Positions 1 through 7,812 of a stretch of DNA of 57,269 nucleotides are shown one piece after another. Within the stretch, counting starts at the first letter, position 1. Every line of letters begins with the position of its first letter. Below the pieces are notes generated by a model. It was not told the DNA's origin. It ran no database searches and was given only the letters and a program-made list of their open reading frames with translations. Made by a program: the position numbers and the translations under genes. Origin of the DNA: Lentisphaerota bacterium (GTDB lineage Bacteria > Verrucomicrobiota > Kiritimatiellia > RFP12 > JAAYLN01); the NCBI GenBank assembly GCA_012521875.1, contig JAAYLN010000204.1, positions 1-57,269 on the forward strand. The letters run 5' to 3'.

Positions 1-240
1 ATTTACACCTACGTGTTAACGCGTGACGAGAGGCATCTGAACATCCGCGCCTTCACGCCCGCTCAGAAGCGCAGCGCATACGAGCGCCAGAAGGGCAAAT
101 GCACCATCTGCCGCAAGCCGTTCCAGGAGGCGGAGATGGAGGCCGATCACATCACGCCCTGGAGCGAGGGCGGCCGCACGGAACCCAGAAACTGCCAGAT
201 GCTTTGCCGCGAATGCAACCGCCGCAAGGGCGCGAGGTAA
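1..240 (+). CDS. HNH endonuclease domain; C-terminal end of a gene that begins left of the window (5' partial)
   Basis: Frame open from nt 1 (IYTYVLTRDE...). HNH signature CTICRKPF..EADHITPWSEGG..NCQMLCRECNRRKG. TAA at 238-240. Such tails are common on DUF262/GmrSD-like proteins, but the N-terminus is not visible. Confidence 0.75.
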   Translation: MYTYVLTRDERHLNIRAFTPAQKRSAYERQKGKCTICRKPFQEAEMEADHITPWSEGGRTEPRNCQMLCRECNRRKGAR

Positions 241-1088
241 TACGTCTTAAGAGAGGAGAGCTGGCCGAGGGGGGAGTAGGCGGCGGTGAAGACGCTTTCG
301 CCGCCGGAGACGAGGCTGGTCAGGGCGCCGTTGCCGTCGTAGAGGTAGGTCTCGGAGATGGCGGCGTTGGTGTGCGAGCCGTAGCGCACCTGCGCCGCCA
401 CCAGGCGGTCGGCGGCGTCGAAGGTGTTGGTGGCGTACCGAACGAAGGCAGGCGCGGGGTGCGGTCCGGCGGTGATATCCTCGCGGGTCTTGAGTCCCGC
501 CGCGTCGCGGGTGACGGTGCGTCCGGCCAGCGTGCCGATGGACCACGCTTCGAGACGCCCCGCCGCGTCGTAGCGGTTGGTGGCGGCGATGCCGCCGGGC
601 GACGTGCCGCCGGTGGGCTTGCCCGCGCCGTCCCAGGCAAAGTGCCACGTGTGGCCGAGCCAGTCGGAGAGGGATACCAGCCGCCCGTCGGCATCGTAGG
701 TGCGCGCGACGCTCCTGCCGGGGGCGTACATCAGGTTGGTGACCAGCCCGCCCGCGTCGCGGGCGTAGGCGGCGGTGAAAACGGCATTTGAGAGGGTGGT
801 CGTGGCGGCGGTCAGCCGGTCCATCACGTCGTAGCCGAACGACAGGCTCGCCGTTGCGTTCGAGGCGGTCAGCAGATTACCCACCGCATCGTAGGCGAAG
901 GTTGCGTGTTTTTCGTGCCTTTCGTGGTTGAAGACATCCCGCGCCACCAGCCGGTCGAGCGCGTCGAAGGCATCCCAGTTGTCCAGATGCTCCACCGCAG
1001 AGACAGGCAGGGATGCGGAGACGGCACCGAGTGCCGCCATCAGGCAGATTGTGTAGAAGCCGTGCCGTGGTCGTCGGGTTTGTCGCAT
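147..1088 (-). pseudogene. RHS/YD-repeat protein, N-terminal fragment with signal peptide; 3'-truncated near nt 245
   Basis: ATG at 1088 gives MRQTRRPRHGFYTICLMAALGAVSASLPVSA (signal-like). Repeated YD motifs follow (FAYDAVGNLL, FGYDVMDRL, YDADGRLV, RYDAAGRL, YLYDGNGAL). YD-like coding stops about 5 nt from the HNH stop. The ORF tail 147-240 is only antisense read-through of the HNH gene. Confidence 0.65.
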
Positions 1089-1292
1089 GTCATGGACCAC
1101 TTGTCTCTAGTTGCCGCCGCCGGTGCGGCGGGCGGCGGCCTTGCTGGACATGTGGCAATCATAATCCTACAGGCGCCGGTGCGTCAAGCAACGCCATCTC
1201 CGTCAGCAAGCAAGCCCCCGGCCTACCTTGTTAAATTCAACAGCAGCATCTGCGCTAATCTGCGTCATCTGCGGTTACATCATTGCTGCGGT

Positions 1293-1492
1293 TCGCCCTA
1301 CCCTTCGGTTCGCTGTACCGTGAGCTTGTGCTGCGAGGCTGACGGTACATGCGTGGCGAATGCGAACAGGGCAGCCGGAATGTGGAGACCTCTGTCCCCC
1401 GGCGGGAACGTTCGCTAATCATGCGCCGCATCAGTACACCGCGGAGACCGCGGGCTCCAGTGCGCATCCGAAGCGAACGGGATGCCGGAACG
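1293..1492 (+). repeat. Element B, short form (hairpin-rich intergenic repeat)
   Basis: Aligns by eye with 19034-19244, and in reverse with 37484-57576-type copies at 37484-37576 and 40536-40825, and forward with 50423-50705. Contains GTACCGT...ACGGTAC and CCGCGG-AGA-CCGCGG hairpins. Confidence 0.8.
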
Positions 1493-1612
1493 TGGGGACG
1501 AATGGGACGCCGGGGACGCAGGTGTGCAACTCACCACTCACTTCCCTTGGCGTACTTGGCGCCTTGGCGGTTCAATCTCTTTCGAGGGCGAGGGCGAACC
1601 GTCCAGACTGCT

Positions 1613-2735
1613 TCAGAAGCGCCAGATGCGGACTTCGCGGGGGGCGAGTGTCTCGCTGAAGATGCCGGGCGTGATCGTGAGCGCGGCATCCTCGAGGATG
1701 GTCTTGCCGTCCCTGTCCTTCATCTCCTTGCCGTCCTTGTCCTTCTTTGGAATCCTCTGCTGCGGCAGGAAGACCGTCCTGATGCCCTTTAGTTCCGGAA
1801 TGGCGAGACCGCCTTCGGCATCGGGCGCGGCCTTTGCATTCTCGTTGACGTTGAGTACGATCAGGTAGCGCTGTCCGGGATGATCGCCGCCGACAATGCC
1901 GTGCAGGTCGCCCGCCTCGAAGCAGCGGCGCTGTACCGATGTGATGCCGGGCTGCACCGTCTTGATGAGCGGCAGGAGTTCCTTGTAGATGGCCTGCTTT
2001 TCGGGCTTGTCCCAGATGCCGACGCCGCTGGGACCGCCGCCGACCTGGCTCCAGCAATACCAGATGATGCCGCGGGCATCATGCACGATGGCGATCCAGG
2101 CCTGGAATGGGATGTCCCCGGGCTTGGAGTCGGCCCACGGTATGACGACCACCGGCTTGTGCAAATCCCCGGCGACCTCCTTCTGGGCGCGCCGGCACCA
2201 CTCGAGCGCCTGCGCGCTCGAGGTGTAGGGATCCATGGCGAAAACATCCGCGAACGAGGCGTGCATCTTGAAGAGGTCGGGGCGGCAACTGGCGATGAAG
2301 GTGGGGTGGTGCTTGTCGAAGGCGTGGCGCCAGGCGTTGTGATCGCGCAGCTCCCTGGCCTGCCCCTCGTTCGGCTCGTCCCAGAGATACCACATCAGCA
2401 TGGCGGGGTTGTCCGCATAGCGCCGCGCCTGGTCGCGGTAGATGCTCTCGCCGCGGTGGTTGGCCTCGAAGAGGCAGCGGAGCCCGTTGCCCATGGCGCG
2501 GTACATCTGGATGGGCACGTTGTACTCGTCGCCGCCGCCGTGCCACGCCCAGAACTGGATTGTGTTGAAGCCGATCTCCTTGAGCTGCTCGTAGCTGTCC
2601 GGGGGCGCATGGTAGATGCCGAGCGGGAAGAACGGCTTGCCGTTTACCAGGAAGGTGCCGTCCTCGTCTAGGACGCACTGCGCCTCGCGCGGAGCGATGA
2701 GCTCAAACGGCGCGGAGGCAAGCGCGTTGACCGGG
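1613..2735 (-). CDS. Glycoside hydrolase domain (clan GH-A-like TIM barrel); no usable start codon, probably the C-terminal part of the upstream LRR ORF
   Basis: LDEDGTFLVNGKPFFPLGIY ... WYLWDEPNE (Asn-Glu acid/base-type motif). The only ATG/GTG/TTG in the open frame is GTG at 2518, yet clearly protein-like sequence continues upstream to about 2730. Confidence 0.6.
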
Positions 2736-4068
2736 CGGGTTCCGCCGCGCCGATCTGCTGCGGGACGCCGTCGATGGTCAGGGTGTTCTGTCCTGCAAGC
2801 GGATTCCAGGTCAGCAGATACTGGCGGGCGCTTTCACGCGGCTTCCACATCCCGACCGGCAGCGGGTCGCCGGGATAGGCGGCAAGATAGGCGTTGGTCT
2901 CGGCGGCGGTCATGGCCGAGAATCCCGCGCCCGTGGCCATGAACTCCTCCCAGCTTGCATTGCCCAGCGGCGCGTAGAAGCGCACCAGCCCGGCGTTTAC
3001 GCCGGCCAGTGGCCCCCAGCCAATGGAGGTGGGGAAGTCGCAGTTCCAGAATATCTCCTTTTGGGTGGCGACAGCCTCGAACATCCGCGAGCCGAACGCC
3101 GTGTTGGCGGGCCCGAAGTAGACGCGCCGTATGCCCGGGCACCGGCTGAACGCACCCTCCGAATACGCGCAACTGGCGGTGTTGGCCAGATAGAGGTCGC
3201 CCGCCACACCGGTGCTTTCGAACGTGTAGTAACCGACACTTGTGACGGACTCCGGCAGGAACGGCACGACATTGGTCAGGGCGCTGCAGTAGCGGAAGGC
3301 TTGTCCCGCCAAGGTGGTGACAGTATCAGGCAGGCGCAGCTCCTTGAGTGCCGTGTTGCCGCTAAAGCCGCCGATGGCTGTGATGACGCCGCTGTTGGAG
3401 ATGGGCGGCGTGAGGTCGAGCAGCCCGCTGGCGCCGTTTGTCGCGACGCCGCTGATCGTGAGCGTGGCGGTACCGCTGACCGTGAGCCACCAGTCGCCGT
3501 TGTTGATGGTGGCCGGTTTGCCCGGCGTGTAGACCCAGTCGCGCCGGAACTCGGGGGTGATTGTGCGCGGGCGGTCCATGGTGACCGTGAGCGGGTTGGC
3601 CGTCTCCTGTCCGGCAGGCACGTCGCCATGCCAGCGCACGAAGGTGCTGGCCGGCGGCTGCGTGGCCGCGTTGGCCGTGAGCGTCACCTGCGTCCCCGCC
3701 GTGTAGTGACTGGCCATGTCCGGCTGGCAGGAGAAGGTTATGGTCTCGCTGCCGCCTTCCGGGGCCGCCACAAGCCGGTAGGCTACCGGTTCCCAGAGCC
3801 ATGTCAGCCGTCCGGCGGCGGTTCCGTGCGTGTATGTGAGGGAGGTGGCGGTGTTGGTGACGGGATTCACCCATGTCGCGCCGGAGAGCGTTTCCAGCAC
3901 GTGGCCGGCCACGGTGTAGAGGGTGCCGCCGGCTGTGGCGGGGCCGGATGCCGCGCAGGCCACGGTGTCGCCCTGCGCCAGCCCGTTGGTCGTCCCGTAG
4001 TCCGGCACGACGGTTCCCAGCGGAAGGGGATGCCCGGCCACAAGCAGGCTGTCGGCTGCCGATGGCAA
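2668..4068 (-). CDS. BspA-like leucine-rich-repeat (LRR_5-type) protein with N-terminal beta-rich repeats; probably frameshift-separated from the GH domain
   Basis: ITAIGGFSGNTALKELRLPDTVTTLAGQAFRYCSALTNV..VTSVGYYTFES..AYSEGAFSRCPGIRRVYF. Candidate starts are TTG at 4068 or GTG at 4041. The last 25 aa or so of the ORF (AEPARSTRLPPRRLSSSLRARRSAS) look out of frame. Confidence 0.6.
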   Translation of the reverse strand: MPSAADSLLVAGHPLPLGTVVPDYGTTNGLAQGDTVACAASGPATAGGTLYTVAGHVLETLSGATWVNPVTNTATSLTYTHGTAAGRLTWLWEPVAYRLVAAPEGGSETITFSCQPDMASHYTAGTQVTLTANAATQPPASTFVRWHGDVPAGQETANPLTVTMDRPRTITPEFRRDWVYTPGKPATINNGDWWLTVSGTATLTISGVATNGASGLLDLTPPISNSGVITAIGGFSGNTALKELRLPDTVTTLAGQAFRYCSALTNVVPFLPESVTSVGYYTFESTGVAGDLYLANTASCAYSEGAFSRCPGIRRVYFGPANTAFGSRMFEAVATQKEIFWNCDFPTSIGWGPLAGVNAGLVRFYAPLGNASWEEFMATGAGFSAMTAAETNAYLAAYPGDPLPVGMWKPRESARQYLLTWNPLAGQNTLTIDGVPQQIGAAEPARSTRLPPRRLSSSLRARRSAS

Positions 4069-4464
4069 CTCGCCTTTGCGCGCCTGCTGCGTCTGCCGCT
4101 GGCCGCGCTCTACCAGGAGTATGCCCGCATCCTGGCCTCGCGCCACACACCGAGCGCCTCGAATGCCCACGACATCGTCGACCTGATCGTCAGCCGCATC
4201 GAGCACATGCGCGGACGCGACTGCTCGCTCGACCAGATCGCGCGCTATGCGGGCTACAGCCGGTACCGCGTGGCGCATCTCTTCAAGGCGCGCACGGGGA
4301 TGAGCATCGGCAGCTACATCAACCGCATCCGCGCCCAGTATCTCGAGCAGGCGCGCATTCTTGACATACCGGCGAAGCAGGTGGCCGCCGAGCTGGGCTT
4401 CCAGTCCACGACCGCCTTCTACAACTGGCGCCGCAAGTACCAGGCGGCAACCCGCACCCCGTGA
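4030..4464 (+). CDS. AraC/XylS-family HTH domain protein lacking an N-terminal sensor domain
   Basis: IVDLIVSRIEHMRGRDCSLDQIARYAGYSRYRVAHLFKARTGMSIGSYINRIRAQYLEQARIL..KQVAAELGFQSTTAFYNWRRKY (two HTH units). First in-frame ATG is 4030; the domain starts about 4160. Confidence 0.6.
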   Translation: MPGHKQAVGCRWQLAFARLLRLPLAALYQEYARILASRHTPSASNAHDIVDLIVSRIEHMRGRDCSLDQIARYAGYSRYRVAHLFKARTGMSIGSYINRIRAQYLEQARILDIPAKQVAAELGFQSTTAFYNWRRKYQAATRTP

Positions 4465-4483
4465 TGTTGCAGCATGACCTTCG

Positions 4484-4723
4484 CACCTTGACTCCACAAC
4501 ACCTTGTCTCCACAACACCTTGTCCCCACACCTTGTCGGCTACGCTTCGTCTCCACACTCTGTCCCTACGCTTCGTCAAAAGCTAAAGAGTAAGCGGGTG
4601 GAGTAAGCGTACCGATTAAGAGTGAGATTAAGAGAGGGTTTAAGTGGAGCTCTGCACCTACTCACCTTGTCTCCACACTTAGTAGCTATACACTTAGTCC
4701 CCGCACTTAGTCGAAAGCTAAAG
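4484..4723 (+). repeat. TTAAG/CTTTGTC composite element, copy T1 (array - TTAAG module - variant array)
   Basis: CTTGTC/CTTCGTC units every 12-14 nt at 4484-4583. TTAAG module at 4585-4647. Second array with CTTAGTC variant units at 4660-4716. Confidence 0.85.
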
Positions 4724-4815
4724 ACAGGGCGACTGGTGTGTGGCTGGTGTGGGCGGCAGCATTTCCGTCCTCGTCCTCGGTGCGCCAAGCGAAGATCGGC
4801 GCTTCTTCGATCCCA

Positions 4816-4874
4816 CCGGTACTGCCGTGCCTGCCGGTACTGCCGGTACTGCCGGTACTGCCGGTGGCTGCCGG
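4816..4874 (+). repeat. Tandem 9-mer array (CCGGTACTG)n
   Basis: Six to seven 9-bp units, with variants CCGTGCCTG and CCGGTGGCTG. The same array occurs at 7646-7700 and 33332-33378. Confidence 0.9.
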
Positions 4875-4907
4875 CACGAGGGGCAAGCGTCTGCTTGCCC
4901 GCGGAAC

Positions 4908-5100
4908 CGGACGAGCAGACGCTCGTCCCTCCCGGTGCTGCACTTGGCGGTATTTGCGGTGCCCTGTGCGCGGCTCGCCGGGACGGCTCGCCCTACCCTT
5001 CATGTGCTGGTGCGGGCACTTTCTCTGGCGCGGCTTCTGGCGGACGAGCAGACGCTCGTCCCTCCCGGTGCTGCGATCTTGGCGGTATTGGCAGTGCCCG
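4908..5100 (+). repeat. Element D (GGACGAGC-agac-GCTCGTCC hairpin module and flank), 1.5 tandem copies
   Basis: Hairpin at 4909-4928 and again at 5042-5061. The flank aligns with 19818-19950, and partly with 50243-50300 and 18990-19040. Confidence 0.75.
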
Positions 5101-5234
5101 GCGGTAGGCGGGGCGGTTTCGCATTGATTCGTCCATTCGCGGCTCCCCTTGGCGCTCTTGGCGTCTTGGCGGTGTATTACTCGCGTGGCGGCACGCTACT
5201 CACGCCAGCCAAACTTTAGAACTTTAGAACTTCA

Positions 5235-6305
5235 TCACCTGGCTTCCTGGCGGTTCAAACCCCTTCCCACCGTCCCCGCCAGCAGCCCGCAGGCGGCGCC
5301 GATATCGGCACCGCCGCTGTAGCGGCGCGCCACGGGTGCCCGCACCCGGCGGCGCAGGGAGTCGCGAAAGGCATTGCGCTCCGCCTCGTCCGGCGGCAGG
5401 AAGACCCCGTCGGGATCATTTACGTCTATCAGGTCTATACGCACGGGCAGGTCGCCGATCCAGTCGGCCAATTGCCGCGCATCCTCGTCGCGGGTGTTGA
5501 AACCGGCAATCATGACCCAGGCGAGCGTGACACGCACGCCAAGGGCGGCGCAGTAGCCGGCAAGGGCATCGCGCAGTTCATCCAGCGGATAGGTCGCCGC
5601 CCCGGGCATGATGGAGCGGCGCCGCCCGGGGTCGGCCGAGGTCAGCGAGACCACGAGGCGGTAGGGCTGCCGCTCGGCGCTGAAGCGCCGGATGGCCGGC
5701 ACAATGCCCGCCGTCGAGAAGCTGATGGCACGGGCGGCGATGGCGAGCCCCGAGGGCTCCGACATGATCTGCGCCGCAGTCAGCGCGGCCTCGTAGTTCA
5801 GAAAGGGCTCGCCCATGCCCATGAAGACCACGCCGCGCACCGGACTCGACGAGGCCTGCGCGACACGGATAACCTGGTCGACGATCTACCAGGTTGCCAG
5901 ATCGCGCTGCCAGCCAAGACGACCCGTGCGGCAGAAGGCACAGCCCAGACTGCAACCGGCCTGGCTGCTGACGCAGACGACGGTACGTTCCAGGGGAGTA
6001 CCGTGATAGAGCGGGATGCCGACACTCTCGAAAACCTCGGGCCCGTCACCTCGCAGCAGCAGACGCCGGAAGCCATCACGCGGCGAGACCGTCTGGCCCA
6101 GGCAGGTCAGTTCGGGGATGCGGGAGACGGACGCCACGCGTTCCAGCAGGGCGGCGGAGAGATCGGAACGGTCGAAGGGCAGAGTGCCGCGCCGCAGCAC
6201 GGAAGCCTGGATGCGCCGCGCCATCGAGGGAGTGACGCCCAGCGGTGCCAGCGCCTGGTATAGCGCGCCGGAAGGCAGTTGCTTGAGGTTGATGGTATCG
6301 CTCAT
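5235..6305 (-). pseudogene. rlmN: RlmN/Cfr-family radical-SAM rRNA/tRNA methyltransferase interrupted by an in-frame TAG
   Basis: GCSLGCAFCRTG (CxxxCxxC) ... RDLATW-TAG-IVDQV ... FMGMGEPFLN ... both halves in one frame. The stop at 5886-5888 lies where the family has a conserved Glu (GAG). Confidence 0.8.
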
Positions 6306-6366
6306 GGGAAGCTCAAATGCGGGCTGGCTCCTGGACTAAGGCAGCTCTGCCGCTTGCCCTCCCGCC

Positions 6367-6595
6367 TTCGACAAGGTGTAGGGACAAAGTGTGGGGACGA
6401 AGCGTATCCGACAAAGCGTGGGGACAAAGCGTGGGGACAAGGTGTAAGTGCGAAGCACCCACTCTAAACCCTTTCTTAAACTCACTCTTAATCGGCACAC
6501 TTACTCCACCCGCTTAATCCTTCACGTTCGACAATGATGGGACAAATGGGACGAATGAGACGAAGGGGGACAGAAGGGAGTGGAGACAAGGTGTA
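6367..6595 (-). repeat. TTAAG/CTTTGTC composite element, copy T2 (reverse), plus a degenerate GGGAC(A/G)A array
   Basis: GACAAAG/GACGAAG units at 6367-6445. GTGCGAAGCAC hairpin. Reverse TTAAG module at 6455-6520. 10-nt-period GGGACAAATG/GGACGAATGA units at 6531-6595. Confidence 0.85.
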
Positions 6596-6603
6596 TCTCT
6601 GAC

Positions 6604-6657
6604 CCATTCCAACTGCCACTGCCTACTGCCACTGCCGCCGCCCTGCAGGGCAGCGGC
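6604..6657 (+). repeat. (ACTGCC)n hexamer/heptamer array ending in a GC hairpin
   Basis: CCATTCCAACTGCCACTGCCTACTGCCACTGCC, then an imperfect 11-bp palindrome centred on TGCA. Same module at 7778-7812, 20588-20651 and 33452-33485. Confidence 0.85.
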
Positions 6658-6660
6658 AAT

Positions 6661-6812
6661 ACAGGTCTGAAACACCCCATCCCAATCCGCGAAATCCTTA
6701 GCTAAATCCCGCCGCGTAGCGGCCATCCAAAAAAATCCTGTAAATCCTGCACATCCTGAAATCCTGTCAAAAAAACGGAGCAGCTCCGGAAAATCCTGAA
6801 AATCGTGTCTCT
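6661..6812. repeat. Element C (AATCCTG array element)
   Basis: AAATCCTGTAAATCCTGCACATCCTGAAATCCTGTCAAAAAAA. Aligns by eye as an inverted copy of 37140-37275. Confidence 0.75.
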
Positions 6813-6841
6813 CGCCTGTTCCAGCCGCCCCACCGGGGCGG

Positions 6842-7273
6842 CTAGGCCTGCTCGGAGTCGAGCACCATGCGGTAGTGCTTGAGGAAGCAGTTGATGACGT
6901 CCCCGGAATTGATCTCCTCGAGCAGGGTGAGGGTGGGCGTATCGCGCAGGACGCTCTCGGTCTTGACGAGGCGCAGTCCCTTGCGCAGGCGCACCTCGGC
7001 GTAGGGCACCAGTCCGTTGGGCACGGAGCGCTTGAGGATGCGGAAGGCGATCTCCTCGACATCCCCGTAGCGCACCACAAGCTGCATGGCGGCGGGCAAT
7101 GTCCGGATCTGGGCATCGCGCCCGTGCCGTTCGAGCTCGGTGGCGAGTTCATTCAGCGCGGGGCCGGCCACATTCTGCAGGAATTCATCGAAGAGGGCAT
7201 TCTCCTGCTCGGCACGGCTTGCGCGCGTGCGTCTCTCTAAAATACCGCTAAGTTCTTTCCGCCAGTCCGCCAT
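6842..7273 (-). CDS. Hypothetical protein (143 aa)
   Basis: ORF with ATG at 7273 (MADWRKELSGILERR...). Balanced, protein-like composition with no recognisable motif. GC hairpin 6824-6842 overlaps the stop. Confidence 0.55.
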   Translation of the reverse strand: MADWRKELSGILERRTRASRAEQENALFDEFLQNVAGPALNELATELERHGRDAQIRTLPAAMQLVVRYGDVEEIAFRILKRSVPNGLVPYAEVRLRKGLRLVKTESVLRDTPTLTLLEEINSGDVINCFLKHYRMVLDSEQA

Positions 7274-7396
7274 GGTCGCTCTCCGTATCTCTGCTCCGCC
7301 TCCACCGGCCAATCACTAAATACCCGGTGAATGGAGTTCATCCATAGTGTAGCATGTCCCATGCCCAATCTCAACCCGCCGAATACCCCTTCAGGG

Positions 7397-7599
7397 CTTT
7401 TGTCAACTTTGTCGCGAGCTTTGTCGGTAACTTTGTCGCCTTCGTCGAACGCGAAAGAGTAAGCGGGTGGCTTAAGCGTGCCGATTAAGAGTGAGTTTAA
7501 GAAAGGGTTTGGAGTGTGCGCTTCGCACTTACACCTTGTCTCCACGCTTTGTCGGCTACGCTTCGTCTCGACACTTTGTCCCTACGCTTTGTCGAAAGC
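7397..7599 (+). repeat. TTAAG/CTTTGTC composite element, copy T3 (short-period CTTTGTC array + TTAAG module + hairpin + array)
   Basis: CTTTGTC units at 7397-7450. TTAAG module at 7455-7515. GTGCGCTTCGCAC hairpin. 13-nt-period CTT(T/C)GTC units to 7599. Confidence 0.9.
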
Positions 7600-7645
7600 G
7601 GAAGAGGAGCTGATGCGTGGATTTTCGCCTCGTCCTCGCCTGCCC

Positions 7646-7812
7646 CCGGTACTGCCGGTACTGCCGGTACTGCCGTGCCTGCCGGTACTGCCGGTGGCTG
7701 GCGCCACATACCCACCGCCATGCCGCATTAGAGCCCCGACATCCCATCACGCGGCGGGGACGCCGCGTCTACCAGCCGCCACTGCCTACTGCCACTGCCT
7801 ACTGCCACTGCC
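7646..7812 (+). repeat. Composite: (CCGGTACTG)n array, GCGGCG-GGGA-CGCCGC hairpin, (ACTGCC)n array
   Basis: 9-mers at 7646-7700. Hairpin about 7750-7767. ACTGCC units at 7778-7812 directly abut the stop of the giant ORF. The same module order occurs at 33332-33485. Confidence 0.85.

Noticed and set aside
241-4065. A single inversion between the two truncated-gene junctions (about 245 and about 4065) as the explanation for both
   Set aside because: Mentally re-inverting the segment places the RHS end next to the AraC HTH domain and the LRR start next to the HNH stop. That restores neither gene.
4816-4874. Possible CRISPR array (regular short repeats here and in the CTTTGTC/TTAAG arrays)
   Set aside because: Units are only 6-14 nt and directly tandem, without unique spacers of about 30 nt. 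No cas genes or leader are present in the window.
4738-5127. ORFs translating the 9-mer arrays as PVLPVLPVL or GTAGTAGTAG (collagen-like) peptides. Also 7478-7900 and 33256-33852.
   Set aside because: The periodic peptides arise simply because the repeat unit is 9 nt. The ORFs run through several unrelated repeat modules, have no start context, and differ in frame between copies.
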